From positions 1 to 24,106 of the forward strand of contig JBEVLJ010000302.1 in the NCBI GenBank assembly GCA_040509195.1: a stretch of 24,106 nucleotides of DNA. Direction: 5' to 3'. This DNA is from Acidimicrobiia bacterium (GTDB taxonomy: Bacteria > Actinomycetota > Acidimicrobiia > IMCC26256 > DASPTH01). Within the stretch, counting starts at the first letter, position 1; every line of letters starts with the position of its first letter. The notes beneath the pieces were generated by a model. The model worked only from the letters and a program-made list of their open reading frames with translations. It made no database searches and was not told where the DNA came from. This document shows positions 8,601 to 16,311 of the stretch, piece by piece. The translations under genes were made by a program, and so were the position numbers.

Positions 8601-9206
8601 ATGGCTTCAATGTGGCATCGGACCATGATCTACCTGGGCTTGCAGGACGACGAGCCCGACGACCACGACGACTACGAGTCGTACGCGGGCGGCGGGTACG
8701 CCGACGCGCCGGTCGACGACCACGACGACCGCTCTGCCGATGACGAGCCCGAGCCGCGCCCGCGACGCGAGCCGGCGGGGTACGAGCCCGAGCCCAGCCG
8801 TGCCGTGAGCGCCGCCGATCGTCGATCGTCGGGTGACCGTCGCCCCACGGCGATGGGCCGCCCGCGCGACGAGCCCGTGCCCCCCGCGAAACCGCGTCCG
8901 TCGGTGGTGCGCACCATCGGTCCCACCACCGCAGCGCGCGTGCACATCGTCGAACCGCAAGGGTTCAACGACGCCCAAGAGGTCGGCGACCGACTCAAGG
9001 CCAACCAACCGGTCATCGTGAACCTGCAGGGGGTCTCGCGCGAACTGCAGCGTCGCCTCGTCGACTTCTCGAGCGGGCTCGCGTACGCCGTCGGCGGTCA
9101 GCTCACCCGAGTGAACACCGATGTGTTCCTCCTCAAGCCGAGCGATGTCGAGGTCTCCCAGGAGGAGAAGGAGCGGCTGCAGGCGCGTGGTCTCTACCAG
9201 GCCTGA
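8601..9206 (+). CDS. sepF: Cell division protein SepF (201 aa)
   Basis: N-terminal amphipathic MWHRTMIYLGL, acidic linker, C-terminal FNDAQEVGDRLKANQPVIVNL...RRLVDFSSGLAYAVGG. Confidence 0.95.
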   Translation: MASMWHRTMIYLGLQDDEPDDHDDYESYAGGGYADAPVDDHDDRSADDEPEPRPRREPAGYEPEPSRAVSAADRRSSGDRRPTAMGRPRDEPVPPAKPRPSVVRTIGPTTAARVHIVEPQGFNDAQEVGDRLKANQPVIVNLQGVSRELQRRLVDFSSGLAYAVGGQLTRVNTDVFLLKPSDVEVSQEEKERLQARGLYQA

Positions 9207-9209
9207 ACC

Positions 9210-9458
9210 GTGACCACGATCATCGTCTGGATCCTCAACGTGTTCCTCGTGGTCCTCGTGCTGCGGGCGATCCTGTCGTGGTTCCCGATCCGCCCTGGCA
9301 CCTTCTTCGCCGGGCTCAACTCGATGGTCTTCGATCTCACCGAGCCGGTGCTGCGACCCGTCCGACGCGTGGTGCCGCCGGCCGGGATGCTCGACACCTC
9401 CTTCATGATCGTGTTCTTCGCCGTCGTGATCCTGCGGTCGGTGTTCGCCAGCGCCTGA
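9210..9458 (+). CDS. YggT/YlmG family membrane protein (82 aa)
   Basis: LRAILSWFP...LTEPVLRPVRRVVPP.GMLDTSFMI; canonical position between sepF and divIVA. Confidence 0.9.
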   Translation: MTTIIVWILNVFLVVLVLRAILSWFPIRPGTFFAGLNSMVFDLTEPVLRPVRRVVPPAGMLDTSFMIVFFAVVILRSVFASA

Positions 9459-9485
9459 ACGCACCCGGCTTCACACGCACCCGGC
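9459..9485. repeat. 11-bp direct repeat upstream of divIVA
   Basis: ACGCACCCGGC at 9459-9469 and 9475-9485. Confidence 0.75.
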
Positions 9486-9531
9486 AGGGGGTTCTCGATT
9501 CGGCGGGAGGTCGTCGCTACCATGACCCTCC

Positions 9532-10752
9532 ATGGACGTCACCCCTCAGGAACTGCGCGGCAGCGAGATCAAAGAAGCGTGGCGGGGTTATCACCGCGAC
9601 GAAGTCGACGAGCTCCTCGAGCGTGCTGCAGTCACGATCGAAGGGCTGAGCCAGCAGCTCGCGACGGCATCGTCGCGTCCAGCGCCGGCACCGGCGGCCG
9701 CGCCGGCATCGTCGTCGATGCCGATCAACCGCGACGACGCCGAGATGTTGCAGCGCACGTTGCTGCTCGCGCAGCGGGCCGCTGACGACGCGGTCAACGA
9801 AGCGCAAGCGCAGGCCCGAGCGCTCATCGAAGAATCCGAAGCGCGCGCCCAGACGTTGGTCGGCGAAGCCGAGGCCACCGCACGCCGCATCGCCGAGAGC
9901 GAGCGTCGTCGCCTCGAGGGCGAGATCCTCGAGCTCTCCGCCCGCCGCGACGCGCTGAAGGCCGACGCCGACGCGCTGGAGGACTACGCGAGCTCGTACC
10001 GCGATCGCGTGCGCGCCGCGATCGAGGCCGACCTCGATCGCATCGGGGCCGGCACGATCGAAGCGCCGACCGCGCGCCCCGAGCTCTCGGAGATCGAGAC
10101 GCCCACGCCCACGCCGGAGGCAGCGCCCGCCGCGCCCACGTCGTTCGACCGCTCGGGCAGTGACGACGTGTGGTCGGCCGATGAAGGTTCGTCGGGTTCG
10201 TCGTCATTCGACGACGACAGCTCCGACGCTGGCTTCGACACCAAGGTGATCACGATCGACAGCTCGGCGTCGAGCCACACGTTCGCGCCCGAGCCGTCGC
10301 CCTCCTCGGTCGCCGCACCTCCTCGTCCTGAATCGGCGCGTACTGAATCGGCGCGTCCTGAATCGGCCCGATCGATCGAGTCGAACTGGCCGCCCGAGCC
10401 CGAGGCGTCGGCCGCACCGACACCGGGGGGCTTCAGCACGCAGGGTGCGCAGACCAGCCCGTCCACCGGTGCGTGGCTCGCGGGCGCCGACGACTGGGCC
10501 GCGTCGGACCCGGTGTTCGACGACACGCCGCCGTGGGAGCAGTCGACCGCCGCTCACCAACCGTTCACGGCCGACGAGCCCATGGAAGCCAACGCAATCG
10601 ACGGCGACTCGCTCGACGACGACGCGTTCTTCGCGTCGCTGCGCGACGCAGTGCGCGACGACGAGCCGCTCGGTCCGCGTGACGACGAACCCAACGCATT
10701 CTTCGACGACGACGCCACCGACGATCGCCGTCGGTTCCGTCGCCGTCGCTGA
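9532..10752 (+). CDS. divIVA: DivIVA/Wag31-family protein with long acidic C-terminal extension (406 aa)
   Basis: N-terminal TPQEL...AWRGYHRDEVDELLE DivIVA motif, coiled coil LQRTLLLAQRAADDAVNEAQ..., then a Ser/Pro/Asp-rich tail. Located between yggT and ileS. Confidence 0.9.
   Translation: MDVTPQELRGSEIKEAWRGYHRDEVDELLERAAVTIEGLSQQLATASSRPAPAPAAAPASSSMPINRDDAEMLQRTLLLAQRAADDAVNEAQAQARALIEESEARAQTLVGEAEATARRIAESERRRLEGEILELSARRDALKADADALEDYASSYRDRVRAAIEADLDRIGAGTIEAPTARPELSEIETPTPTPEAAPAAPTSFDRSGSDDVWSADEGSSGSSSFDDDSSDAGFDTKVITIDSSASSHTFAPEPSPSSVAAPPRPESARTESARPESARSIESNWPPEPEASAAPTPGGFSTQGAQTSPSTGAWLAGADDWAASDPVFDDTPPWEQSTAAHQPFTADEPMEANAIDGDSLDDDAFFASLRDAVRDDEPLGPRDDEPNAFFDDDATDDRRRFRRRR
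10324..10368 (+). repeat. In-frame 15-bp tandem repeat x3 (RPESA/RTESA/RPESA) in the divIVA tail
   Basis: CGTCCTGAATCGGCG CGTACTGAATCGGCG CGTCCTGAATCGGCC. Confidence 0.85.
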
Positions 10753-10781
10753 ACACGCGCACGCCACCGCTCGCGCCCTCG

Positions 10782-13700
10782 ATGTTCGCCGCGCTGCCGG
10801 ACAAGCCGGACCACGACGGCCTCGAGCGCGCAGTGCTCGAGCTCTGGGAACGTGAAGGCACGTTCGAGCGCGTGCGCGCGCTGAACGCCGACGGCCCGCG
10901 TTTCAGCTTCATCGACGGACCGGTCACCGCGAACAAGACCCTCGCGGTGCACACCGCGTGGGGTCGCACGCTCAAGGACGTGTTCCAGCGCTACAAGGCG
11001 TTGCGCGGATTCCACCAGCGCTATCAGAACGGCTTCGACTGCCAGGGCCTCTGGATCGAGGTGGGTGTCGAGAAGCAGCTCGGTCTCAACTCGAAGCGCG
11101 AGATCGAGGAGTACGGCCTCGAAGCGTTCGCGCGTGAGTGTCGCGCCGTCGTGGAGTGGTCGGCCGCCGAGCTCACGAAGGGTTCGATTCGTCTCGGCCA
11201 GTGGATGGACTGGGGTCGTGACTACTTCACGTTCTCCGACACGAACATCGAGTACATCTGGCGGTTCCTGTCGATCGTGAACGAGCGCGGCTGGCTGTAC
11301 CGCGGTCACCGCCTCACCGAGTGGTGCCCGCGCTGCGGTACGTCGATCAGCGCACACGAGCTCGCAGGGAGCTACATCGAGAAGGAGGACCCGGCGCTGT
11401 CGGTGCGCTTCCCCTTGCTCGACCGCCCCGGTGAAGCGATCGTCATCTGGACCACGACACCATGGACGCTCCCGGCGAACGTCGCCGCGGCCGTGCAACC
11501 GGATGCCGCCTACGGGCGTCGCGGGAACGGCGACTGGATCGCGGTCGCGCGCGGCGGCAATGGTCGAGATGGCGACGCGAGCTTCGAGGAGATCAAGCAG
11601 GGGAGCGAGCTCGTCGGGTGGCGCTACCGCGGCCCGTTCGATGCGCTCGGCCCGGGCGGCACCGTGGAGCACCGCGTGATCGGCTGGAGCGAGGTGAGCC
11701 TCGACGAGGGCACCGGCATCGTGCACATCGCGCCCGGCTGTGGTGCCGAAGACTTCGAGCTCTCCAAGATCGAAGCCTTGCCCGTGCTCGCGCCGGTCGA
11801 CGAAGCGGGTCGGTTCGTCGAGGGGTACGGCTGGCTCGATGGCAAGGGCGCGCACGACGCGAAAGACGAGATCATCGACGACCTCCGCGCGCGCGAGCTG
11901 CTCGTCGAAGCCGCCACGATCGTGCACCGCTATCCCGAGTGCTGGCGCTGCCACACGCCACTCATCTTCCGCCTGGCCGACGACTGGTACATCTCCGTCG
12001 CCGAGATCCGCGAGCCGCTGCGCGAAGCGAACCGCACGGTCGAGTGGACGCCCGAATACATGGGCAAGCGCATGGACGACTGGCTCGTCAACATGGGCGA
12101 CTGGAACATCTCGCGTCGCCGCTACTACGGGCTGCCGCTGCCGTTCTATCCGTGCTCCTGCGGGCACGTCACCGTGATCGGTTCGAAGGAAGAGCTGGCC
12201 GAGCTCGCGACCGCGCCGATCGACGGACTCGTCGAACTGCGACGCCCGTGGATCGATCACGTCGACATCCGGTGCCAGGAATGCGGCGAGGTCGTGCGGC
12301 GCGTGATCGAGGTCGGCGACGTGTGGCTCGACGCCGGCATCGTGCCGTTCTCCACGCTCGGGTGGATGAACCCCGAGTTCGTGGCCGAAGGTGGCGCGAC
12401 CGGCGCGGCGAAGGGTCTCACCACGGCCGATCTCGGCGACCACGCGTACTGGGAAGAGTGGTTCCCCGCCGACTGGGTGTCGGAGATGCGAGAGCAGATC
12501 CGGTTGTGGTTCTACTCACAGCTCTTCATGTCGGTCGCGCTCACCGGACGCGCGCCGTACCGCAAGGTGCTCGGCTACGAGAAGATGCTCGACGAGACCG
12601 GCCGCGAGATGCACGGTTCGTGGGGCAACATGATCGACGCCGAAGACGCGTTCACGCGCATGGGTGCCGACGTGATGCGCTGGCAGTACTGCGCGCAGCC
12701 GCCGAGCCAGAATCTCTTGTTCGGCTTCGGGCCCGGCCACGAGATCCAACGCAAGCTGCTCACGCTGTGGAACACCACGTCGTTCCTCGTGCAGTACGCG
12801 AACCTCGCGGGGTTCACGCCGACGCTCTCGGATCTGGCGTGGGACGAGATCGAGACCGCGCCTGCACCCGACGACCTCCTCGACCGCTGGATCATCGAGC
12901 GCACGCGTCTGCTCGTCGCCGACGCCACCGATGCCTACGAGCGCTACCTCACCGTGGAAGTGCTCCGCGCGTTCGACGAATGGGTCGACGACCTGTCGAA
13001 CTGGTACGTCCGTCGTTCGCGTCGCCGCTTCTGGGACGGCGACGTCGCCGCACTCCGCACGTTGTGGTCGGTGCTGGTCAACGGCGTGCGCACCGTCGCG
13101 CCGGTGATGCCGTTCCTCGCCGAGCACCTCTGGCAGTTGCTCGTGCGCGAGCCGGTGGCCGGCACTCCTGATGGTGCGTCCCCTGCCGAGGTTCCGGAGT
13201 CCGTGTTCCTCGCCGGGTGGCCGTCGCTCGGGGCGCCCGATCGGGAGTTGCTCGACGACGTCGCGCAGGTCCGACAGGTCGTCGACCTCGGGCGCCAGGC
13301 GCGCGTCGCGTCGAAGGTGCGCGTGCGTCAGCCACTGCGTCGCCTGGTCGTCGAAGGCGCGGAGCGCGTCGATCGCTATCGCGACATGATCACCAGCGAG
13401 CTCAACGTGCAGGACATCGAGCTCGGCGCGATCGAAGCGACCGAGCTGCGTGTGCGACCCAACTTGAAGGTGCTCGGACCGCGGTTGGGTGCCGCGTTGG
13501 GGGCGATTCGCGCGGGGCTCGACGCGGGGGAGTGGGATGAGCTGCCCGACGGCGGCTTCCGCGTCGCCGGGCACGAGCTCACCGCCGACGACGTGTTGGT
13601 GGAGCGCACCGAGAAGGAGGGCTGGGCGGTGGCCTCGACCCTGGGGCTCAGCGTCGCGCTCGACCTCGCGCTCGACGACACACTGCTGCGCGAGGGGCGC

Positions 13701-13898
13701 GTCAACGACCTCACCCGTGCCGTCAACGAGTTGCGCAAGGAGCGTGGGCTCGCGATCTCGGATCGCATCGTGCTCACCATCCCGGCAGGCGACGCCGACC
13801 TGGTCGAGCACGCGGATCGGATCGCCGCCGAGACGTTGGCCATCCGTGTCGACGTCGGTGACCGCGAGCAGATCGAGATCTCGCTCGCGGACCGCTGA
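10782..13898 (+). CDS. ileS: Isoleucine--tRNA ligase, type 2 (no C-terminal zinc finger), divergent signature motifs (1038 aa)
   Basis: FIDGP.TAN, GFDCQGL, WTTTPWTLPAN and GTGIVHIAPG (editing domain), DWNISRRRYYG, LSNWYVRRSRRRFW, type-2 C-terminus. Canonical position after divIVA. Confidence 0.93.
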   Translation: MFAALPDKPDHDGLERAVLELWEREGTFERVRALNADGPRFSFIDGPVTANKTLAVHTAWGRTLKDVFQRYKALRGFHQRYQNGFDCQGLWIEVGVEKQLGLNSKREIEEYGLEAFARECRAVVEWSAAELTKGSIRLGQWMDWGRDYFTFSDTNIEYIWRFLSIVNERGWLYRGHRLTEWCPRCGTSISAHELAGSYIEKEDPALSVRFPLLDRPGEAIVIWTTTPWTLPANVAAAVQPDAAYGRRGNGDWIAVARGGNGRDGDASFEEIKQGSELVGWRYRGPFDALGPGGTVEHRVIGWSEVSLDEGTGIVHIAPGCGAEDFELSKIEALPVLAPVDEAGRFVEGYGWLDGKGAHDAKDEIIDDLRARELLVEAATIVHRYPECWRCHTPLIFRLADDWYISVAEIREPLREANRTVEWTPEYMGKRMDDWLVNMGDWNISRRRYYGLPLPFYPCSCGHVTVIGSKEELAELATAPIDGLVELRRPWIDHVDIRCQECGEVVRRVIEVGDVWLDAGIVPFSTLGWMNPEFVAEGGATGAAKGLTTADLGDHAYWEEWFPADWVSEMREQIRLWFYSQLFMSVALTGRAPYRKVLGYEKMLDETGREMHGSWGNMIDAEDAFTRMGADVMRWQYCAQPPSQNLLFGFGPGHEIQRKLLTLWNTTSFLVQYANLAGFTPTLSDLAWDEIETAPAPDDLLDRWIIERTRLLVADATDAYERYLTVEVLRAFDEWVDDLSNWYVRRSRRRFWDGDVAALRTLWSVLVNGVRTVAPVMPFLAEHLWQLLVREPVAGTPDGASPAEVPESVFLAGWPSLGAPDRELLDDVAQVRQVVDLGRQARVASKVRVRQPLRRLVVEGAERVDRYRDMITSELNVQDIELGAIEATELRVRPNLKVLGPRLGAALGAIRAGLDAGEWDELPDGGFRVAGHELTADDVLVERTEKEGWAVASTLGLSVALDLALDDTLLREGRVNDLTRAVNELRKERGLAISDRIVLTIPAGDADLVEHADRIAAETLAIRVDVGDREQIEISLADR

Positions 13899-13916
13899 TC
13901 CGCCATTCCGGGCCAC

Positions 13917-13922
13917 TACACT
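13917..13922 (+). promoter_or_regulatory. Candidate -10 element for the histone-DksA/lspA/rluD unit
   Basis: TACACT (TANNNT) in the ileS-downstream intergenic region; no clear -35. Confidence 0.4.
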
Positions 13923-14023
13923 CCGGCGCTCGTTCACCGGGCTGCTCGAAAACCCCGCGATCCGGGACGAACGCCGCGGCGCGCCTGCTGCCCGCGGCTG
14001 ATCAGCGAACCCAAAGACCCACG

Positions 14024-14818
14024 ATGAAGGCGGTGGCCGCAGTGGTGGCCAAGAAGGTTCCGGCCAAGCCAAGTCCCCTGAAGACGGCCGCACCGGCCAA
14101 GAAGGCGGCGGCACCGGCGAAGAAGGCGGCGGCAAAGAAGGCGGCGACGCCGGTCAAGAAGGCCCCGGCGAAGAAGACGGTGCCGGCGAAGAAGGCTGCG
14201 CCGGTCAAGAAGGCTCCAGTCAAGAAGCCCGCGCCGGCGAAGAAGGCCGGCCCGGTCAAGCAGGCAGCGCCCGCGAAGAAGGCAGCGCCCGCGAAAAAGG
14301 CCGCGCCGGTCAAGAAGGCAGCGGCCGCCAAGGTCGAAGCGGCGACGGTCTCGCCCCGTGGTGTGATGTCGGAGCGCAAGCCGCGTCCGTCAGGCACCGT
14401 GATCTGCCCGCTGTCCGGCTTCGACGTGAAACAGGACAAGGCGAACCTCTCGCCGAAGACGGTCGAGCGTCTCCGTGTGCTCCTCGTCGAGGAGCGCGAC
14501 CGTCACCTTCACCAGGCCGACGAGCTCGCCGCCGAGGCCGAAGCGCTCGCGGTCGACCGCGAGGGTGGCGACACGCAGTTCGACGAGGAGTCGGGTGAGG
14601 GCGACACCATCAACATCGAACGCGAGCGTGACTTGCTCCTCTCGGCCTCGGCGCGTCAGACCGTCGAGGAGATCGACCGGGCACTCGAGCGAATCGAAGC
14701 CGGGACGTACGGTCTGTGCGTGCCCGCGGGTCGTCGCATCTCGCTCGAACGACTCGAGGCGTTGCCGTATGCCGACACGTGCGTCGACTGCAAGGCGCGT
14801 GCAGAACGACGCCGATAG
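14024..14818 (+). CDS. Histone-like (PAKK-repeat) N-terminus fused to a TraR/DksA C4-type domain; DdbA-like
   Basis: About 100 aa of Ala/Lys/Pro repeats, then a coiled coil ...ERERDLLLS...[16 protein letters not shown]...[16 protein letters not shown]. Start is ATG 14024 or GTG 14042 (MVAKK..., GGTGG 5 nt upstream). Confidence 0.9.
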   Translation: MKAVAAVVAKKVPAKPSPLKTAAPAKKAAAPAKKAAAKKAATPVKKAPAKKTVPAKKAAPVKKAPVKKPAPAKKAGPVKQAAPAKKAAPAKKAAPVKKAAAAKVEAATVSPRGVMSERKPRPSGTVICPLSGFDVKQDKANLSPKTVERLRVLLVEERDRHLHQADELAAEAEALAVDREGGDTQFDEESGEGDTINIERERDLLLSASARQTVEEIDRALERIEAGTYGLCVPAGRRISLERLEALPYADTCVDCKARAERRR

Positions 14819-15305
14819 GCGCACCCGTCCCGGGCTGGCCGCCGCCATCGTGGTCGGCGTGCTCGTGCTCGACCTGCTCTCGAAGCTCTGGGCGGTGCAC
14901 CGGCTGACCGACGGACCGATCCTCGTGAACGGTGCCGACGTCGGCTTCCAACTTGCGCGCAACGCAGGTGGCGCGTTCAGCTTGTTTCAGGGGCTCACGC
15001 CCGCCCTTGCGGTGATCGCGGGCGTGGTCGCCTACTTCTTGATCCGCACGGTGCGCCGCACCCACGACACCCTGTTGATCGTCGCGTTGTCGTTGGTGCT
15101 CGGTGGTGCGCTCGGCAACCTCGTCGACCGCGTCTTCCGATCGCCCGGGTTCCTGCGCGGCGCCGTGGTCGACTTCGTGCACGTGGGTTCGTTCCCGACC
15201 TTCAACGTTGCCGACGCCTCGATCACGATCGGCGCGGTGCTCGTCATCGTGTGGGCGTTCGTCGGCGGGGATCACGCACCGGACGAGCAGGTGCACGATG
15301 GCTGA
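14799..15305 (+). CDS. lspA: Lipoprotein signal peptidase II (about 168 aa)
   Basis: [33 protein letters not shown] (both catalytic Asp present). Start placed at GTG 14799; the ORF-track start at 14475 is an extension. Confidence 0.94.
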   Translation: MQNDADRRTRPGLAAAIVVGVLVLDLLSKLWAVHRLTDGPILVNGADVGFQLARNAGGAFSLFQGLTPALAVIAGVVAYFLIRTVRRTHDTLLIVALSLVLGGALGNLVDRVFRSPGFLRGAVVDFVHVGSFPTFNVADASITIGAVLVIVWAFVGGDHAPDEQVHDG

Positions 15306-16206
15306 GGAACTTCCCGTCCCGGCGGCGCTCGCGGGCGAACGCATCGACCGCGCCGTCGCGCTGCTCACCGGGTGGAGCCGCAGCGAGGTGCAAGAGCTGG
15401 TCGCGGCCGGCCAGGTGCTCGTCGACGGGAAGCACGTGATGAAGAGCCGCAAGCTCGAAGAAGGCGAAGTGATCGAGTTGCTGGCCGAGCCGACCCCGCC
15501 CGGGCTCCCGGACGCCGACGCGACCATCCCGATCGTGGTGCGTCACGAGGACGACGACGTGATCGTGCTCGCGAAGCCGGCTGGCCTCGTGGTGCACCCG
15601 GGTGCCGGTCATCCTGACGGCACGCTCGTGAACGGGCTGCTCGCGCGCTACCCCGAGATCGCTGGGGTGGGGGAGCCACAACGGCCGGGCATCGTGCACC
15701 GCCTCGATCGCGACACGAGTGGCTTGATGGTCGTCGCACGCACCCAGGTCGCGTACGAAGTGCTCGTCGACGCGCTGTCGGTGCACGACGTCACCCGCGA
15801 CTACCTCGCACTCGTGTGGGGTCATCTCGATTCCCCGCGCGGCGTGATCGACGCGCCGATCGGCCGCTCGATTCGCCGTCCCACTCGCATGGCCGTGCGG
15901 GAGGGCGGACGCGTCGCGCGCACGCACTACGAGGTCACCACCGAATACACCGTGCCGCTGGTGTCGCTCGTGGCCTGTTCGCTCGAGACCGGTCGCACGC
16001 ACCAGATCCGTGTGCACCTCCAGGCGATCGGCCACCCGGTGGTGGGGGATCCGGCCTACAGCGGCGTGCGCGGCGCCCTCGTGCTCGACCGCCCGTTCCT
16101 CCACGCCGCGGCGCTGGCCTTCGCCCACCCGGTCACCGGCAATCCCATCCGGGTCGAAGAACCGCTCCCCGACGAGCTCACCGCCCTCCTCGACACCCTC
16201 TCGTGA
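15298..16206 (+). CDS. rluD: RluA/RluD-family 23S rRNA pseudouridine synthase with S4 domain (302 aa)
   Basis: RIDRAVA...SRSEVQEL (S4), [26 protein letters not shown] (catalytic Asp), [15 protein letters not shown] 15298 overlaps the lspA end. Confidence 0.92.
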   Translation: MAEELPVPAALAGERIDRAVALLTGWSRSEVQELVAAGQVLVDGKHVMKSRKLEEGEVIELLAEPTPPGLPDADATIPIVVRHEDDDVIVLAKPAGLVVHPGAGHPDGTLVNGLLARYPEIAGVGEPQRPGIVHRLDRDTSGLMVVARTQVAYEVLVDALSVHDVTRDYLALVWGHLDSPRGVIDAPIGRSIRRPTRMAVREGGRVARTHYEVTTEYTVPLVSLVACSLETGRTHQIRVHLQAIGHPVVGDPAYSGVRGALVLDRPFLHAAALAFAHPVTGNPIRVEEPLPDELTALLDTLS

Positions 16207-16311
16207 AGGCGTCCTCTTCCAACTGAGTCGCGTGGCCTCAGCTGCGAGCGACAACAAAGCAGGTCAAGCGCGGACGCAGACCCGTCGATCATGCATCGAG
16301 GAGCTGCCGCT

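Noticed and set aside
9505-9785. GGGAGG followed by ATG 9522 opening an 87-aa out-of-frame ORF over the divIVA start
   Set aside because: The SD spacing is long (11 nt), the ATG is part of the TACCAT -10 hexamer, and the product looks like off-frame noise.
10554-12443. 629-aa minus-strand ORF, plus similar long antisense ORFs (372-1604, 6082-7857, 12516-14135, 16884-18209, 18947-20230, 20064-21899)
   Set aside because: They lie opposite well-supported genes and have no recognisable motifs. Long stop-free shadow frames are expected at this GC content and codon bias.
14002-14439. Minus-strand ORF with hydrophobic FFAGA repeats
   Set aside because: It is simply the reverse complement of the PAKK repeats.
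16223-16241. Possible terminator hairpin after rluD (CTGAG...CTCAG)
   Set aside because: Only a 5-bp stem and no U-tract.
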